Shown: positions 27,043 to 41,392 of the stretch, in pieces | Layout: every line of letters starts with the position of its first letter | How positions within the stretch are numbered: the first letter of the stretch is position 1 | Position numbers and translations under genes: made by a program | Notes under the pieces: model-generated | Seen by the model: only the letters and a program-made list of their open reading frames with translations | Databases searched by the model: none | Told to the model about the DNA's origin: nothing | From: Octopus vulgaris | Taxonomy: Eukaryota | NCBI GenBank assembly: GCA_951406725.2 | Contig: OX597818.1 | Location: 67,766,001-67,830,000, forward strand | Length of the DNA stretch: 64,000 nt | Direction of reading: 5' to 3'

Positions 27043-27727
27043 ATAATAGTTAAACGAAACCTAGTTTAAAATGAACAAATATTTAATGTTTAGTGTATTT
27101 GGTATGACAAATACTTTATAATATTAAGATAACATATTTCATTAATTATATAAAAGAGATTAGTCGGTTTTATGCCTAGGACAATAATTTCTTTCAGTAA
27201 CTTAACGATTTCTATAAAATCTACAAATATTGTTGGGGATTATGTGAAGAATTATGCATATGTATTATGGATTGTGGATTGAGGATTAAACATTAAATTC
27301 TATTAGTAATGAGTAGTAGATTGATGAAACTAAAGTATCCCCAAGATTAATAAAGCATAGATGCCGTTACGGTCCCTGTCTCAATAAGAATTTATTATTA
27401 CTAGATTAATTGATTAATTACGAAAATATTTCATTATTTAATTGAAAGGTAACTCAACCTTCCAACAGCTGCGTTCAGATCCATATGGTATTTGATTCCG
27501 TTGAGCACATATAATCCTTGAATATATATTCAGTTACGTATAAATATATGCCGAATAATATGTATTCATTGCTCTTTTACCAGAATAATATCAAGAACGT
27601 AACACCGTCGATGCTCGGACAATAAATATATTTCAAGATGGTAACAATTGAATATGGGCATCAAATAAGGGACAATTATATTATAATGTATATCTAATAA
27701 TAACAACACCAGCTATAATAATAATCA

Positions 27728-27942
27728 TTTCGACTATAGGTAAAAGGCCTGAAATTTTAGGGGAAGAGTACCAGTAGTTTAGATCGACCCCATTAGGCAA
27801 CTGGTACTTAATTTATCGAACTCCAAAAGGATGAAAGGAAAAGTCGACCCGGGGGAAAAGTTGCATTCAGAATGTAGCAACGAGCACAATGCTGTAAAGC
27901 ATTTCCTCTAGCGTTGCTAACGATTCTGCCAAATCGCCGCCT
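27728..27942 (-). mobile_element. Family-2 SINE
   Basis: Reverse complement of head and core. Confidence 0.8.
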
Positions 27943-28009
27943 TACACCAGCGATGATAAGAGTAAAATTAAATACTTCATTTGCAACAAGTGTAGTATAC
28001 ACGTTTTTA

Positions 28010-28484
28010 GCACGTTAGTTCTTCAAAGCCTTTGTCATCAAAGGCCAACTAAGATGGAGCGGCCACGTGGTTAGAATGACTGACGAACGACTTCCCAAAC
28101 AGATCTTCTACTCCCAACTCAAAGACGGCAAGCGTACAAAAGGAGACCAGAAGAAACGCTACAAGCACTCCCTGAAAACGAACCTCAAAAGTGTGACATC
28201 GACTTCACTAACTGGGAGGAAACGGCAAAAAACAGACCACTCTGGAAAACCACCACCCATGAGGGAACAGCGACTTTCGAGTCAAAAAGGTCTGCAGAGC
28301 TGGAGGAGAAAAGACGACGACCGAAGAGCGCCAACAACAACCACGTGCGACTCTCCCTTCTGGCACTAGATGTCCGCACTGCGTTCGATCTTTTCAAGCA
28401 AGAATTGGTCTTATCGGTCACCTACGGACTCACCAGTAGATTTGCGCGAAGACCATCATCCTCGACCTCGAGGGATTGCCATCA
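28010..28484 (+). mobile_element. RTE LINE 3' end
   Basis: QLRWSGHVVRMTDERLPKQIFYSQLKDGKR..GDQKKRYK and terminal C2H2-like CPHC...IGLIGHLRTH. Confidence 0.88.
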
Positions 28485-28503
28485 CAGTATACACATACGT
28501 ATG

Positions 28504-28616
<113 letters not shown>

Positions 28617-28621
28617 GTGTC

Positions 28622-28904
28622 TTTATATATCATCTATCATTTTAAATATACCTTGTGTGAAAATTTATATATTGGTCGGTGTGGCCAAGGTTTTGCCGAC
28701 AAATTTACAGGATATACATCTAAAGGATATACACTCATCGCCCGTTATTCTCGCTCTACCAATCATTCCATCAAACACCTCACCGTCTTAGACCTGGGTT
28801 TGCACTATGGAACTGCCGTCACTAGATTTCGCCAAGGATACCGCTTCAGTTTCATGCCACGATCATTCATACTGTTTGGACATAACAGGCCCTCATTCTT
28901 GTGA
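28622..28904 (+). pseudogene. Decayed GIY-YIG endonuclease of a second (Neptune/Poseidon-type) PLE
   Basis: IIYHFKYTLCENLYIGRCGQGFADKF...IARYSRSTNHS...FGHN resembles LIY.I.C..C..LYIGETGR.L.DRF...VARHF...HS...GLN; directly abuts (TG)n. Confidence 0.65.
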
Positions 28905-29444
28905 AACCTTCCACTTCATTTCCCTTGTTTATTATTTTATTTTAATTTTTATGATTTTAGTTTTCATTTTTAATTTCAATTAGCTTTCTAATTCAATTTA
29001 ATTTTCTTATTTTTTAAACTCCTAAACTTAATTTTCCAACCTTATATATATGAACAGTAACTCGAGTAAACCTACCAGGAAAACAATAGATGGGGTGATA
29101 CAATAAAAAAGCGGTAGTTTTGAATATGATTACCTCCATACAATGGAATCGTGGGCTCCGAAAGTTGTAGCGCAGAACACACGTTTAGATGGACCTTAAC
29201 CTTTAACCTAACCCTGTATGAAAGAGACTGTGTCCTCTTAAACATCTTCACTCCGGCTTGTTGCATTATAAAATGCATGCGGACCATGCTGTGATTTTTT
29301 TGTGATAGGAGAAGCAACTTGGAAATAAGATGATTCCGAAATAATGCAAAAATCGTGATCGTGTTGGTGTTATCAGAAACATTTGCTGTGGTGTACAAGT
29401 ATGACTGTCTCTTGCATTCACTCGGCTTCGAACCTGTGAGGTCC

Positions 29445-29730
29445 AGTTGATCTGATCAACGGAACAACCTGCTCGAAAACCGATGTGTAAGTAGATGAGG
29501 ACTCCACCGACACCCGTAACCTAAGTATTGTCCTCAGAGAGATTCAGTGTGACAGAGAATTGGACAAGATTGGCCTTTGAATTACGAGTACTATTTGTTT
29601 TTACTAGCTGAGTGGACTGGGGTAATGTGAAACAAAGTTTCTTGCTCAGGAACCAAACGCACCGCCGATAATCGAACTGACGACCTTAAGATAGTTAGCC
29701 AAATAGACTAACCATTAAGCCAGGTCCTTT
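29445..29730 (-). mobile_element. Old tRNA-derived SINE related to family 3
   Basis: Minus-strand A-box GGCTTAATGGTTAG, B-box AGTTCGATT, CTGAGCAAG; shares GACAAG..GGCC.TTTGAA with 59113-59348. Confidence 0.6.
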
Positions 29731-30969
29731 ACATGCAAGTATGTATATTGCGTTGATATAAAGATGTGATATCGATTGCGGCGGATTACAGCAACTCGCC
29801 AGCTCTTCCTGAATGTCCACCTGCTTTTCTCGTCTCTGTTTTTAATCTTTCTGTTGACTGAACAACTGTCAACTTCAATTGCTGGCCTCTCAGTCGATAT
29901 TTTCCGAAGGAGCCTTTTTCTGTCAGCCTCCCTGGCATTCTTCCCATCCCACGGTCTCTTGTAGTAGCATCTCCATGACTCTTTCTTTACGATGTCAGTA
30001 TGTTAAAATGCCCCAATAACATCCCATGCGCACCTTTCTCATAACCTCCTGATTCACACTGACTCACCGTTTCCCAATGCGGAGCACTTCACACGTTTAA
30101 TCCCTTCCTATCAGAACATTGACGAACCTCTTGCTTCTTTGACCCCTGGTTTACCCCGAAGGTACTTATTAAATGGTTAATTCGTTGTGTGTGTGTGTGA
30201 ACAGAAATAACACGTTGTTTGCTTTCAACACTTAAGAGAACAGTGACAGCAACAACACCAACAACAACGACAACAAATGCAGCGCAACATCTATAAACGG
30301 TGGTTATAAAACATCTCAGATATGAATAGAAAGGAATCTTTCCATAACAGAATGAATTTCTATACAAATATTGATTTCTTAAATAGGAATAATGCTTGGG
30401 GTTAATAGAGAGGGAAACAATGGAAGTTATGATTTCCTTATATTACCGAAGGCCAATGAAATATAATAGATCCTAATGGATTTGGATTAGTAAGAAAGTT
30501 ATGTTATGGCCTTTGGTACATGGTGCAGTGGAATTAATATGTAGCAACTTTCTGTAAGGCAAATTGTCTCGAATGAGATTTAATAAATGTCACCCTAACA
30601 TCACAATAGAATGAATACACTTAAATATCCTGGTGTTGGGAATATTATATTGTTTGATCTTTCTAAATAAAATCTTATCAGCGTAACTAAGATAAATCTG
30701 CCCAGCAGAATCCATCCATTCTTCAATGAAAATATTCCTCATAGGATACAAATGGATCATAGCAAATAAACAGACGCGTTTCATTTATATGATACTCTCA
30801 TTATTTATTCGAGTCCAATATGGGTAAGCCTCTTTGTAGTGGCTCACTCAACAAGAAATAACAGTCAAATGTCATTCAAATCTCACTCGGCCATCTTAAG
30901 ACCTGGTATGCTCAGTATGTGTGTGTGTGCGGTACGGATTCGATCAAAGAAATTGAACTCACAAGTTAT

Positions 30970-31182
30970 TGATTTCAGATTATTGCACAAAACCAACAAT
31001 TTCAGGGTAAGTGGTAAGCCGATCACATCGATTTCACCATTCGACTCGTACTTATTTTATCGACCTTGAAAAGATGAAAGGAAAAGTCGACCTTGGTGGA
31101 ATTTGAACTCAGAAATTAAAGACAGATTCAATGCCTCAAGCAAGTTTGCCTGTTGTAGTAACGATTCTGCCAACACACTGCT
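30970..31182 (-). mobile_element. Family-2 SINE
   Basis: Core GAAAGGAAAAGTCGACCTTGGTGGAATTTGAACTCAGAA; further degenerate copies at ~31972-32062 (+), ~32960-33172 (-), ~35990-36140 (-). Confidence 0.8.
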
Positions 31183-32542
31183 TTAACCCCTCAAAAATTA
31201 TTGATAAACCCAAAGCTAAAGTAAGAGACTCGACGGTAATGCCAAGACGTGAGATACATTTTGCTAAAGAAGGAATAGTTTAAACACAAACACTTACCAT
31301 TAATCTTAGAACACATCCATGCTAACACACGCAGGCATTCCGACACATCTATACACAAATAACAACCAAGTACGACTGGAAAAAATAGTTCTTTAATGCT
31401 CTGTTCAATCATAATATGCGTCCACCAACCTGATTAAGATCATTATCAGTGTTATTGTAGCTCTTTCCATCATTCAGTGATTATTTTGGTAAAATTTCTA
31501 TCTTAAATTTACATTAAGTATCTACTTAATCCCAACGCTAACACATTATTTTTATCTTCACATCATTCACACGGTGTTAACAATATTTCTTTTACAAGGA
31601 GGTAAATAAATAAATAGATAAATAAATGCATATTTTGGTATCAGTAGATTATTGTGCTGATGGTGGTACCTCTCTATGAATACTTGACTTACTAAAACAC
31701 GCAGCCTAACTCCATTCATATCAGCCTGCAATCTTGAAAAAGAAACACACTAGAATGAGAGGATATTTACACAATGCTGTCTTCCATAGACAATAGTTGA
31801 GAGATGTAATGGTCATGGATGGAATTCTTTTGATGTGAGATATTCCCAGTCAGTTTTTATAGAGAGATAAACAACAACAGCAACGATAACAATGAGTTAA
31901 TTACACCCTGCAATCTTAAGAAATAAAACATTCAATAACAAATGTCTTGAGAATATTATCCATCCAAAAAGCGGCCAGCTGGCAGAATCGGTAGCGCACC
32001 GGGAAAAATGCTTTGCAGTATTCCAACCGTCTTTTATGTTCTGAGTTCAAATTCCATTGAACTAATTTCCTCGCCCACCATCTCTACGAGTGTTGTGGGG
32101 TAAGATACCTCATGTCCTATCAGAAACAACAGTCATATCATTGATAAGCATGTGAAATGAAAATACCAACATGGCGCCTGGCACGAATAAGAACACCATA
32201 AGCTTCACTATCAAAAGTGGGAGTTAGAATGAACATAATCATCGTGTTCATTGACAAGGGAGGTGCTCGCATCTTAGGTAGAGAGGTGCGTTCGAAAAAT
32301 ATATTACAGTTAAGACCCATTACCGGTACAAACAGCAGCAAGTATATAATTCGTTCCGAAGGAACCGCTATGAGACAATGCGAAAAAAGCTGGATCTTGA
32401 ATAATTAAGTGGATTTCTGTAACGGGCTTCCAAACACAAGCAAGGCTTAGGTGTATCTCATTCTATCATACAATATACTTGCCCGAGATGCTACGCATGT
32501 AATCGAACCTGGAGCATTATGATTACGAAGCAAACAACCACT

Positions 32543-32673
<131 letters not shown>

Positions 32674-33776
32674 AGTGGTCCCTCGAAATGCAGATGTTGC
32701 GTATAGTCCTCCGTTCAATGTCTTCATATTGCAAAACAAACAATTTCATTCTTTCACATTTACACACCCTCTTATACACTAAGGTGGCACCGATTATACA
32801 AAAGAAGTTGCTCTACTGATTCTACCAATTGAATTTAACATAGATTTATTGTCACAGTTTTGGTGGAGAAAAATTAATCGATTAAGTTGATCAAAGTATT
32901 TGTCTGGGAATCTACCATGTCTGACAAAGCACGACTTTAAAAAGCACCAAGGTAATAATGGTTTCTGATTTAGGTACAAGGACAGCAGTTTTGACTGGAG
33001 ACTCTTAATTGCTGTCACTGACCTCAATACTTGACAGGTAGTGCATTTTACCTGCCCTGGATGAAAGATAAAGTTGACTTTAATGTGATTTGACCATAAA
33101 AAGTGTAAAGAGCTGGAAATTATATTCTACCATATTTTTGAGATTCTTAACAATTCTGCCAAATCACCAGCTTCAGCTAATAATTTTATCATATCATGAT
33201 GTTATTCGCAATGTCAAAAGCTTAAAGATAATGGCAATATTTCGTAATTACTTTATCGGCTCTCTCTCAAGACACAAAATTCCCGCAAGGTTTCATACTT
33301 TCAATAAAAAATCGTCTCTTCTCTTTTATATAATGATCTCTTTGCGCAAATCTTAAGCTGAAGAAAATTTCACTCTGGGGAGAAACTTAGTGTTTTTAAG
33401 GGAAACTTGGTTTTAGAATGAAAGATTCTTTGTTATGTTTCATTATTGTTTATTATTGTTCTGGTCAGAATCATTCTCTGTTAAGACGATGATTTTCAAA
33501 GATAAAAGTGTATACATATAACGTAATAAATGTTATTACATACACGACTGCTTTTGTTTATTCCGTCTCCTATGCGAAAGGAATTTAGGATCAAAAAATA
33601 AAAAAAACATCAACTACAGAAAGGACAAGTTTATGCGCAGAAAAATGCTGGTCTATTTTATGTTGGGCATAAATTAATAATGGCGGTTTCTAACACTGCT
33701 GCAGGGGCTACAACGTGTGGAGATGTAATATACAGTTGACCCGTGGTGAATGTGTGTGTTTCAGTTTATCTATCCG

Positions 33777-33816
<40 letters not shown>

Positions 33817-33847
33817 CCTCTCTCTCTGTATATATATATATACACGA

Positions 33848-34111
33848 TTTAAAAATAGGATAAAATCTTTATAAGAATTTATCAAGTAGTTAGCGTGAAA
33901 ATCCTCATAAGAGAAAAATCATCAATTTTTCTCTTAAATATATTTATCTATATTGTATTGAGAGCATTACTATATATAAATGCCACACTCTAGGAGGGAC
34001 TCTTAAATTCAAGACTACCAAAATAGTACTATGTGTTTATTTATTTTGGTAGTTTTGGCTTTAAGAGTCCCTCCTAGCGTGTGGCATTTATGTGTAGTAA
34101 TGCCCTCAATA

Positions 34112-34118
<7 letters not shown>
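33848..34118. mobile_element. Hairpin-plus-tail element flanked by (TA)n (copy 2)
   Basis: Arms ~33949-34025 / 34042-34118; homologous end-to-end to 12285-12543. Confidence 0.75.
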
Positions 34119-34205
<87 letters not shown>

Positions 34206-36143
34206 TGGCTCAGAAACGGATTGTATGCAGAATACGTCTGGTCAGTGTTATTACAGTCATGGAGTCGTTTCCGCTGTTACCCACCTGTTTTTAGGACGAT
34301 ATATAAATTTGCTCACCTACTCTTGTAACCTCTAAACGTCTCCTGTATTATAATTCCATTCACCAGCTCACCTCATATTTCCAAACCCCTCCTATGGAAT
34401 GGTAAAGAGTCTGATAGGAAACACTAGACTAGAGTTCCCATCGTATGCTCGGCCCATGTGTAATGATTGTCACTTCAGTACGTACCGTTTAATGCATTCA
34501 TTAGGCGAGTATTTTATCTGTTTGCATGGCTATCGTTTAATTCTTTCTTTGGTTTCCGAGAGAGAATGAGAGAGATAGAGAGAGAGAGAAAGAGAGAGTG
34601 AGAGAGAGAGAGACGAGAAACCACTACCTTCAGTGTATTTTTTCGAGTCATTATATCAAGACCACATTTTCAGCAGCACCTTAAAGACTGAATACTAATA
34701 TATATAAAAAAAAAACAATCGAATGAGCAGACCAACCAAGCCTCGTAAGGGTTAAATCACTGTAATTTCAAGCGGACTAGGAGAAAGGCATTGAAAATTA
34801 AAGGTTGTCAGCTAACTCAGGCAAATCTTTTGTAGAAGAAACATTCAAATAAATCAAATTTTTAATAACACCAAAAATAAGCAGCTCATTCTTGCATGTC
34901 TAGAAAGAGTTTTCAAATAAACAGTTCCAAGTTTATTGTATATAGCCAGTCAGCTAGACTTCGTTCTGTGCTATGAGCAACCTCATTTTTAGCATTTTTA
35001 CTGGCTGACTTTCAATAGAATTGAGCTGCTTTATATCAGAGATTGTTTTTTTTTTATATATATATATATACTCTCTGTCTCTGATTCTAAATGTAGTTCA
35101 GCTCTAAAACTCTTGCTAGACATGCAAGTTTTGTTCTGTAATAAATGTTAAATAATAGAATATTATTGTAAATCTAACAAGAGCAAAACTTTCAAAGGTA
35201 CTAGTAGATACTTAACGGTGCCAGACACAAAGTAATTGGTTATGCTAGGTTACAGTAATTCATTGACTGTTACTATTGTCAAGCCAGTCAGAGAAAAAAT
35301 ATTCGTCATCGTCACCTCCTCTTCTCCTCTTCCTCTTTCTCCTCCCCTCCTTGTAAAAGTTTCATGATACTTATATCACCAGAAGTAACTTTGTCATTTA
35401 AGTATTTTTCTTTTTACATTTGTCGATATGTTTTTATTCTTGCCGAGAGTTTAATGGTAAATAATCGTCTGTTTTCGTTATTTTGACTTAGAAAATAAAA
35501 CAGTTGCTTTAATGTGAAGACAAGTGATAGTGCGAAACGGGAGAGCGATAATCCTGCATTAACCAAGACAGACATCGGCGTAAGTCAAGGGAAATAGCTT
35601 CAGTTGGGCAGCCGAGAGTGTATCAGTCTCTGGGTATATCAGGAATTTAACTTCTCTGCTAAGATTTAAGTAAAATAATGAAGAATTTTAACGAAGAAAT
35701 GGATCAAGATTTAAAGACAAGTGAATTGATTGTTGTAAATTATCAGTACATAAAGTATTAAAGTCAGCAAAATGGCAGGAAACAGAATTGGTAGAACACT
35801 GGGAAAATGACAGCTGAAAAGCATATGCCGTGGTTCTAGGATTTATGTGCATGAGTGTGATGTCATGGATCCCTTATAGCATCGTTGGGTCAGAGGGGAG
35901 ACATCGTGGATTTGGCATTTTAGTTTTGGTGGATTTTAGTGGATTTTAGTTTCCTGTCCACAGTCAATCCTGCCCGAATACGAGAAAGAATAAGAGAAAA
36001 TTCGGCTCAGTACACACAACAGGTATTTCATTTACTGAACAATAACAGATGAAAAGTGAATTTGAACTCACACAACAGAAAGCCAGAACATTTAGTGCCA
36101 AATACCATACCCGATGCTGTAGCGGCTGTGCCAAATGGCTACC

Positions 36144-36177
<34 letters not shown>

Positions 36178-36322
36178 GCAATTACGCGCACGCGCACACA
36201 CATATACTGTTCACCACGATATTATTTAAGCTCAAGTCAATTCATCCATGATGTTGTTTTGCATTTATAATAAAATAAATATATACAAATTATAGAAATA
36301 TTTAAAATATATATATACAGTA

Positions 36323-36405
36323 CAGTAGTGTTTCTACTTCGCGGATTTTCACTTATCACGGGAGGCGGTTGGAGCAAAACAAACGCGATAGGGTAGGGAT
36401 TACTG
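36323..36405. mobile_element. Short pogo/Tigger-type MITE
   Basis: CAGTAGT... / ...GGGATTACTG termini and internal TCGCGGATTTTCACTTATC typical of Tigger-like MITEs. Confidence 0.55.
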
Positions 36406-36519
36406 CGTACATATTTGTATGCGTGGATATATACATGCATGAGACTACCTGTGCATGTATGATTGAAAGTGTGTGTGTGTGTGGGTCTCAACTACTGATT
36501 GACGAACGTCTGTTTAATA

Positions 36520-36912
36520 ACTATTTCCACTATAAGCACAGGATCTGAAAATTGGGGACAAACAGCCATTCGATTCCATCGAACCAGTGTTGCACTGGTA
36601 CTTATTTCATCCACCCCGCAAAGGGAGGAAAGGAAAAGTCACCCTGGGTGGATATTGAACTCAGAACATGAAAATAGGCGAAATGCCGTTTAGAATTCTG
36701 ACCTGTGTGCTGATGAGTCTGCTATCTTTCAGCCTTAAAAGGAAGTGTAAATATATTTTTCTATTCTAGGCACAAACAGAAAATTTCTGGAGAGGGGCCC
36801 ACTTGATTAGATCGACCTCAGTACGCAACTGGTACTTAATTTTTAGACTCCGAAAAGATGAAATCAAAGTCGGCCTCGCTGGAATTTGAACTCAGAACGT
36901 AGACAGACAAAA
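36520..36912 (-). mobile_element. Two tandem family-2 SINEs
   Basis: Core repeated at ~36590-36670 and ~36810-36900. Confidence 0.8.
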
Positions 36913-37795
36913 TAGGAGTAGATTCAACAGAAACCTGGCTACAATATTATTGGCATTTGTTCTTTTAAAATGTTCGAGGAGTGAAACACAACAGAAATTC
37001 TTTAGATACCAGAACATCTTTAGGCGAGAAACTTTGCTTTATTTTTCTACCATACAGAAAAACCGCTGAAGACTAAAAAGGTTCAGCCTCAAAATATAAA
37101 GATACATGGGGAGGATTTGATCTGGAAATGACTATGAATAAAATTAAAGAACACTCGACATCTAATCCAAAAATCATATCATTTCTTGTGTCACTCAAAC
37201 AATTTAATGACGTTCAGAAATTATTTATATTTTCATTATTGTTTTGTTTAATGAAATATCGCAATTATCAGGTATTTTAATGAGACATATTTTAATAAAA
37301 TATCCATATCTGGTCATAAGGAATAATTCATGTCACTATAAAATATGGTAAACAGCGAATTTATAAAATAGCGATAAGACAGAAAAGATAAAAGGAAAAC
37401 TAAATATTAATATATCTGCGTTGCTGTCTCTTTTTATATTGTTTCTTGTTTTTAATATTTTTTCACTTACGTCTATTCCCAAATTGTTGTAGGAAGATAT
37501 TTGTTGACATGAAATGAACTTATTTGCAAGTAAAATGTAAGCTTCAACAAGCAACTTACAATATAGAAATGATGTGAAAGACACTCAAGAGAAAAAAAGT
37601 TTTTAACTCCATCTTTTTTCTTTTCTCTCTCTCTCTTTCTTTGTCTCTCTCCCTCACTCTCTCTTCTTCTCCCTCTTTCCTACCCTCCTTCTCCCTTTCT
37701 TTTTCTAAGTATCTTTCAGAACAGAACACACTCTTAAAAAATTATATTGGTGAATAGAAAATTGTGGGATCCGCATGCACACACACAGAAGCGCG

Positions 37796-37863
<68 letters not shown>

Positions 37864-38169
37864 GTAAGTATGTATGTATGTATGTATGTATAAATGTATT
37901 TATATCTGTCTATCTATCAATCGATCGAATCCCTCTCCCTCTCTCTTTCTGCATATACACATACACATTAGCAGCATCAGCATCGTCATCATCATCATGA
38001 TCGGCATCATCACCATCATCCTTATTACTGTTATTAGTATTACTCTTAGTGCATGCTAATTTAGTTAGTAGGAATGTTGTGTTGAGGTTTGGTGACAAAA
38101 GTTTTCTCAAATCTAAAGATTATTTTCTTTTAGGATTGTTGCAGAATATGAAATGGTACTTCTGTACAG

Positions 38170-39110
38170 ATCGACAATGCTTTATTCAATTCCACTTTCT
38201 TTCAGTCTTTGCGTAGCTTTTTACATCTTGTGCTGAGGGCACCAATTACTAGAGGAATGGCCATTGTCTTGGACTGCTACGGTCTCCTTACTTTCTCGAT
38301 AGATTCTGATATTTCTCATTTCTCTCCAGTATTTTCAGTATCCACTCTGATATGGTAGTGAATGTCAAAATCTAGGCTTTTAAACTTTTTCTTTATTCTG
38401 TCCACTCTTCTTGTTTCAATAGTGTGTTCCGTCTTTATGTGGAAGTCCCAGAAGAGCTTGTAATTCTCATTTCTGTCACAGTCTCTGGTTCCTTTTCTTT
38501 TGAAGCAATGCACTCGGCCAACATACTAGTGTGCTCATTTGCATACTCAGGCTTGTGTACATTTATAATCCTTTTCTACTAGTATACTGCATTTGCTAAA
38601 AAGGCGATTGATACTTTCGTCTCTTTTCTTACAGATTCTATATTTGCTGTCTGACTGGGTTTTGTCGATCTTTGCCTTTATCAGATTATTTTCTACTGGA
38701 TTGTTACTGAACAGCTATAATTAACGTTTCAGTCTCTCGTCTCCCATACACTAACCAGAGCCAGCGGTCATTACTTCAGACATTCTCGGTTGATACATGA
38801 GTTGGCCATGTAATTCCATCTCCTTCTGTCTGTTTGCTCTGTTGTTCTTTTCTCTTTGAATTCTCCAACTGCTTCGGCCAGATTTTTGGTTTCTCTGGTT
38901 GCCTATAGTATTTTTACTCTGCACGGAATAGGTTTCCAGGCCAAGAATCGCAGTATTAACCATATCTTCTACATTTAGAAATCCTCTGCTAATTTCCTTC
39001 CTTCTTAAGTAGAATGGTTCGGCATTGCTTTAAGCGTGACCCCTGTTATGCATCGTGAGTAGCTTTCTAGTTCTCCTATTCAAATTCTGTACCTTGGCCT
39101 TTTACCATTC
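38170..39110 (-). mobile_element. Decayed R4/Dong-clade non-LTR element (restriction-like endonuclease end)
   Basis: FYLRRKEISRGF (LYLPRKEGGRGL), LHGQ, TETLIIAVQ, RICKKRDESINRLFSKC (CCHC relic), KLFWDFHIKTEHTIETRR.D. Confidence 0.8.
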
Positions 39111-39262
39111 CGGAAAGTAGATAGTATATATACACTATCTACCTATTATACACATGTACACACACACATACATTATATATATATATGTATGTATGTATGT
39201 ATGTATATATACATATATACATATATATATATATACATATATACATATATATGCATATATAT

Positions 39263-39316
<54 letters not shown>

Positions 39317-39380
39317 ATCTATATATATATATATATATAGATAGATAAATAGATAGATAGTATGATATATAGATAGATAA

Positions 39381-39441
<61 letters not shown>

Positions 39442-39462
39442 AAGATGGATTGATAGATAGAT

Positions 39463-39489
<27 letters not shown>

Positions 39490-39499
<10 letters not shown>

Positions 39500-39876
39500 T
39501 ATTTGAGACAAAACCACTATTTTGCAAAACAAACAAGGAAAGACTTAATCAATACATAAAATTTTAATAAATAGTCAAAAAAACCGCCACTACAATCGTT
39601 TCTTGTCTTGATCGACAATCTTCAGTGGACTTCCAATAATTCATAATTTGTAACTGAATTATTGGAACATATTGTCGATCAAGACAAAAACGATTGTAGT
39701 GGCGTTTTTTGACTATTTATTAAAATTTTATGTATTGATTAAGTCTTTCCTTGTTTGTTTTGCAAAATAGTGGTTTTGTCTCAAATAATATTTTATAATA
39801 TTTTACTATAAAATTGGATTTAATCCTAAATCTGATTTTTTCCCTGTAAATTTGGATTTATTCCCTAATATTTATT
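39490..39876 (+). mobile_element. Fold-back PLE-type mini-element in (TA)n
   Basis: Arms 39490-39643 / 39655-39797 with an 11-nt loop, then an ~80-nt tail to (TA)n. Confidence 0.85.
39587..39628 (-). ncRNA. Hammerhead ribozyme motif
   Basis: cca-CTGAAGA-ttgtc-gatcaa-gacaa-GAAA-cgattg-TA-gtgg; 5-bp stem II, near-palindromic stem III; stem I register is off by one nucleotide. Confidence 0.65.
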
Positions 39877-39894
39877 ATATATATATATATATAT

Positions 39895-40103
39895 AAAGTT
39901 CATCCAAACATGAAAACACAAAGAAAAAACACAACAACGCGAGGACGTTGAACAAATATAGTATTATTGGACGCTCAGGAAGGAAGAGGAGAAGAAGGGT
40001 ATTACGTTTCGAGCGGAGCTCTTCGTCGGAAACATAGGAGAAGGAAAGATCCAGAGAAGGGAAGACAGAGGAAAAAAAAATCGCCAACGGTACACACGCG
40101 GTC
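39895..40103 (-). mobile_element. HHR mini-element (copy 2), flanked by (TA)n on both sides
   Basis: Matches 14565-14771; HHR 39999-40033 has core CCGACGA (U4->C). Confidence 0.82.
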
Positions 40104-40174
<71 letters not shown>

Positions 40175-40200
40175 TATATATATAGATAGATATATATATA

Positions 40201-40273
<73 letters not shown>

Positions 40274-40662
40274 AAGATGGATAGATAGATAGATTGATAG
40301 ATATATATATAGATAGATAAACAGATAGATAGATGGATGGATGGATGGACGGAAGAATGGATAGGTGCATATATCAATATATGCAAAACGCGGAGTAGAT
40401 AAAACAGGGGCCCACTGATGAAGGGATTGTCTTTTATATTGCCTGTCTCGTTTCTCTATTTATTTGTTTCGTTGTTAGAAAAAAAGTTCGTTCTCTATGT
40501 TTTTGTTTTTTATATTCTCATTTCTCATTTTGTTCACGTTTTTTTTTTTATATCCTGTCCCATATATGCATGTATATATACATATATATGTATATATGCA
40601 TATATCTATATATTATTTATATCATTATATGATCGAATGCCACGCATCCATTTCAAAATAAG

Positions 40663-40714
<52 letters not shown>

Positions 40715-40999
40715 ATTATATATGTAATTTAATTGTTCATTTTGAATTGATAAAAGGTGTTTTTTTCTAATTTTCATATATATATATATGTATAGTTTTC
40801 AAAGGAATTATTAATTTTTTACATCTCTTTGATATACTGTGCCAAAATAACCAATACGCCGATTGTTCTTCGATATGCAGCATATTTATGAGGTGAAAAT
40901 CTAGCTTTACTCATCTTATAAAACTACAACGAATACTTTTTGTATGCATACAGTGTGACGTTTAACATGCACAGAGAGATTTTAACTTTTATCTTTTGT

Positions 41000-41392
41000 T
41001 TTGTCCCTCATTAGACTGGGGCCATACTGAGGAGTTGTCTTGAAATATTAGCCGAGGAAACAACCTGGTATTTATTCTATCGGTTTCTACTGATTAACAA
41101 CTAAGTTGCGGGACGTACGCAAACCAACACCGGTTGGCAAGGAGTGGTCGTAGTGGTGGTGGTGGTGGTGGTGGTGGTTGTAGTGGTGAGTCGGGAACAG
41201 GATACAAACACAAAGCACGCATGCATGGATGTATGTACGTATTTACGAGGAGATAGTTTCTGATTCCATCAATCAAATTCACGCACGAGTCTTTGGTCGG
41301 CACCGGGCGATAGCAGATGCCGCGTAATGGAACTGAACCTAAGACCAGGTGGCTGCGAATGAAGTCCCTTACCTCTACAGCCACACCTGCAT
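41000..41392 (-). mobile_element. Diverged family-1 SINE
   Basis: Collinear remnants; head ...ACAGCCACACCTGC. Confidence 0.7.

Noticed and set aside
29190-29216. Telomere-like CCTAACCCT tract
   Set aside because: Only 2-3 imperfect units.
33354-33395. CTGAAGA...GAAACTTAGT motif
   Set aside because: No stem I or II and wrong cleavage triplet; expected by chance.
40411-40460. CCACTGATGAAGGG half-core in a TA-associated relic
   Set aside because: No downstream GAAA or stems; could be a decayed pLTR but cannot be supported as a ribozyme.
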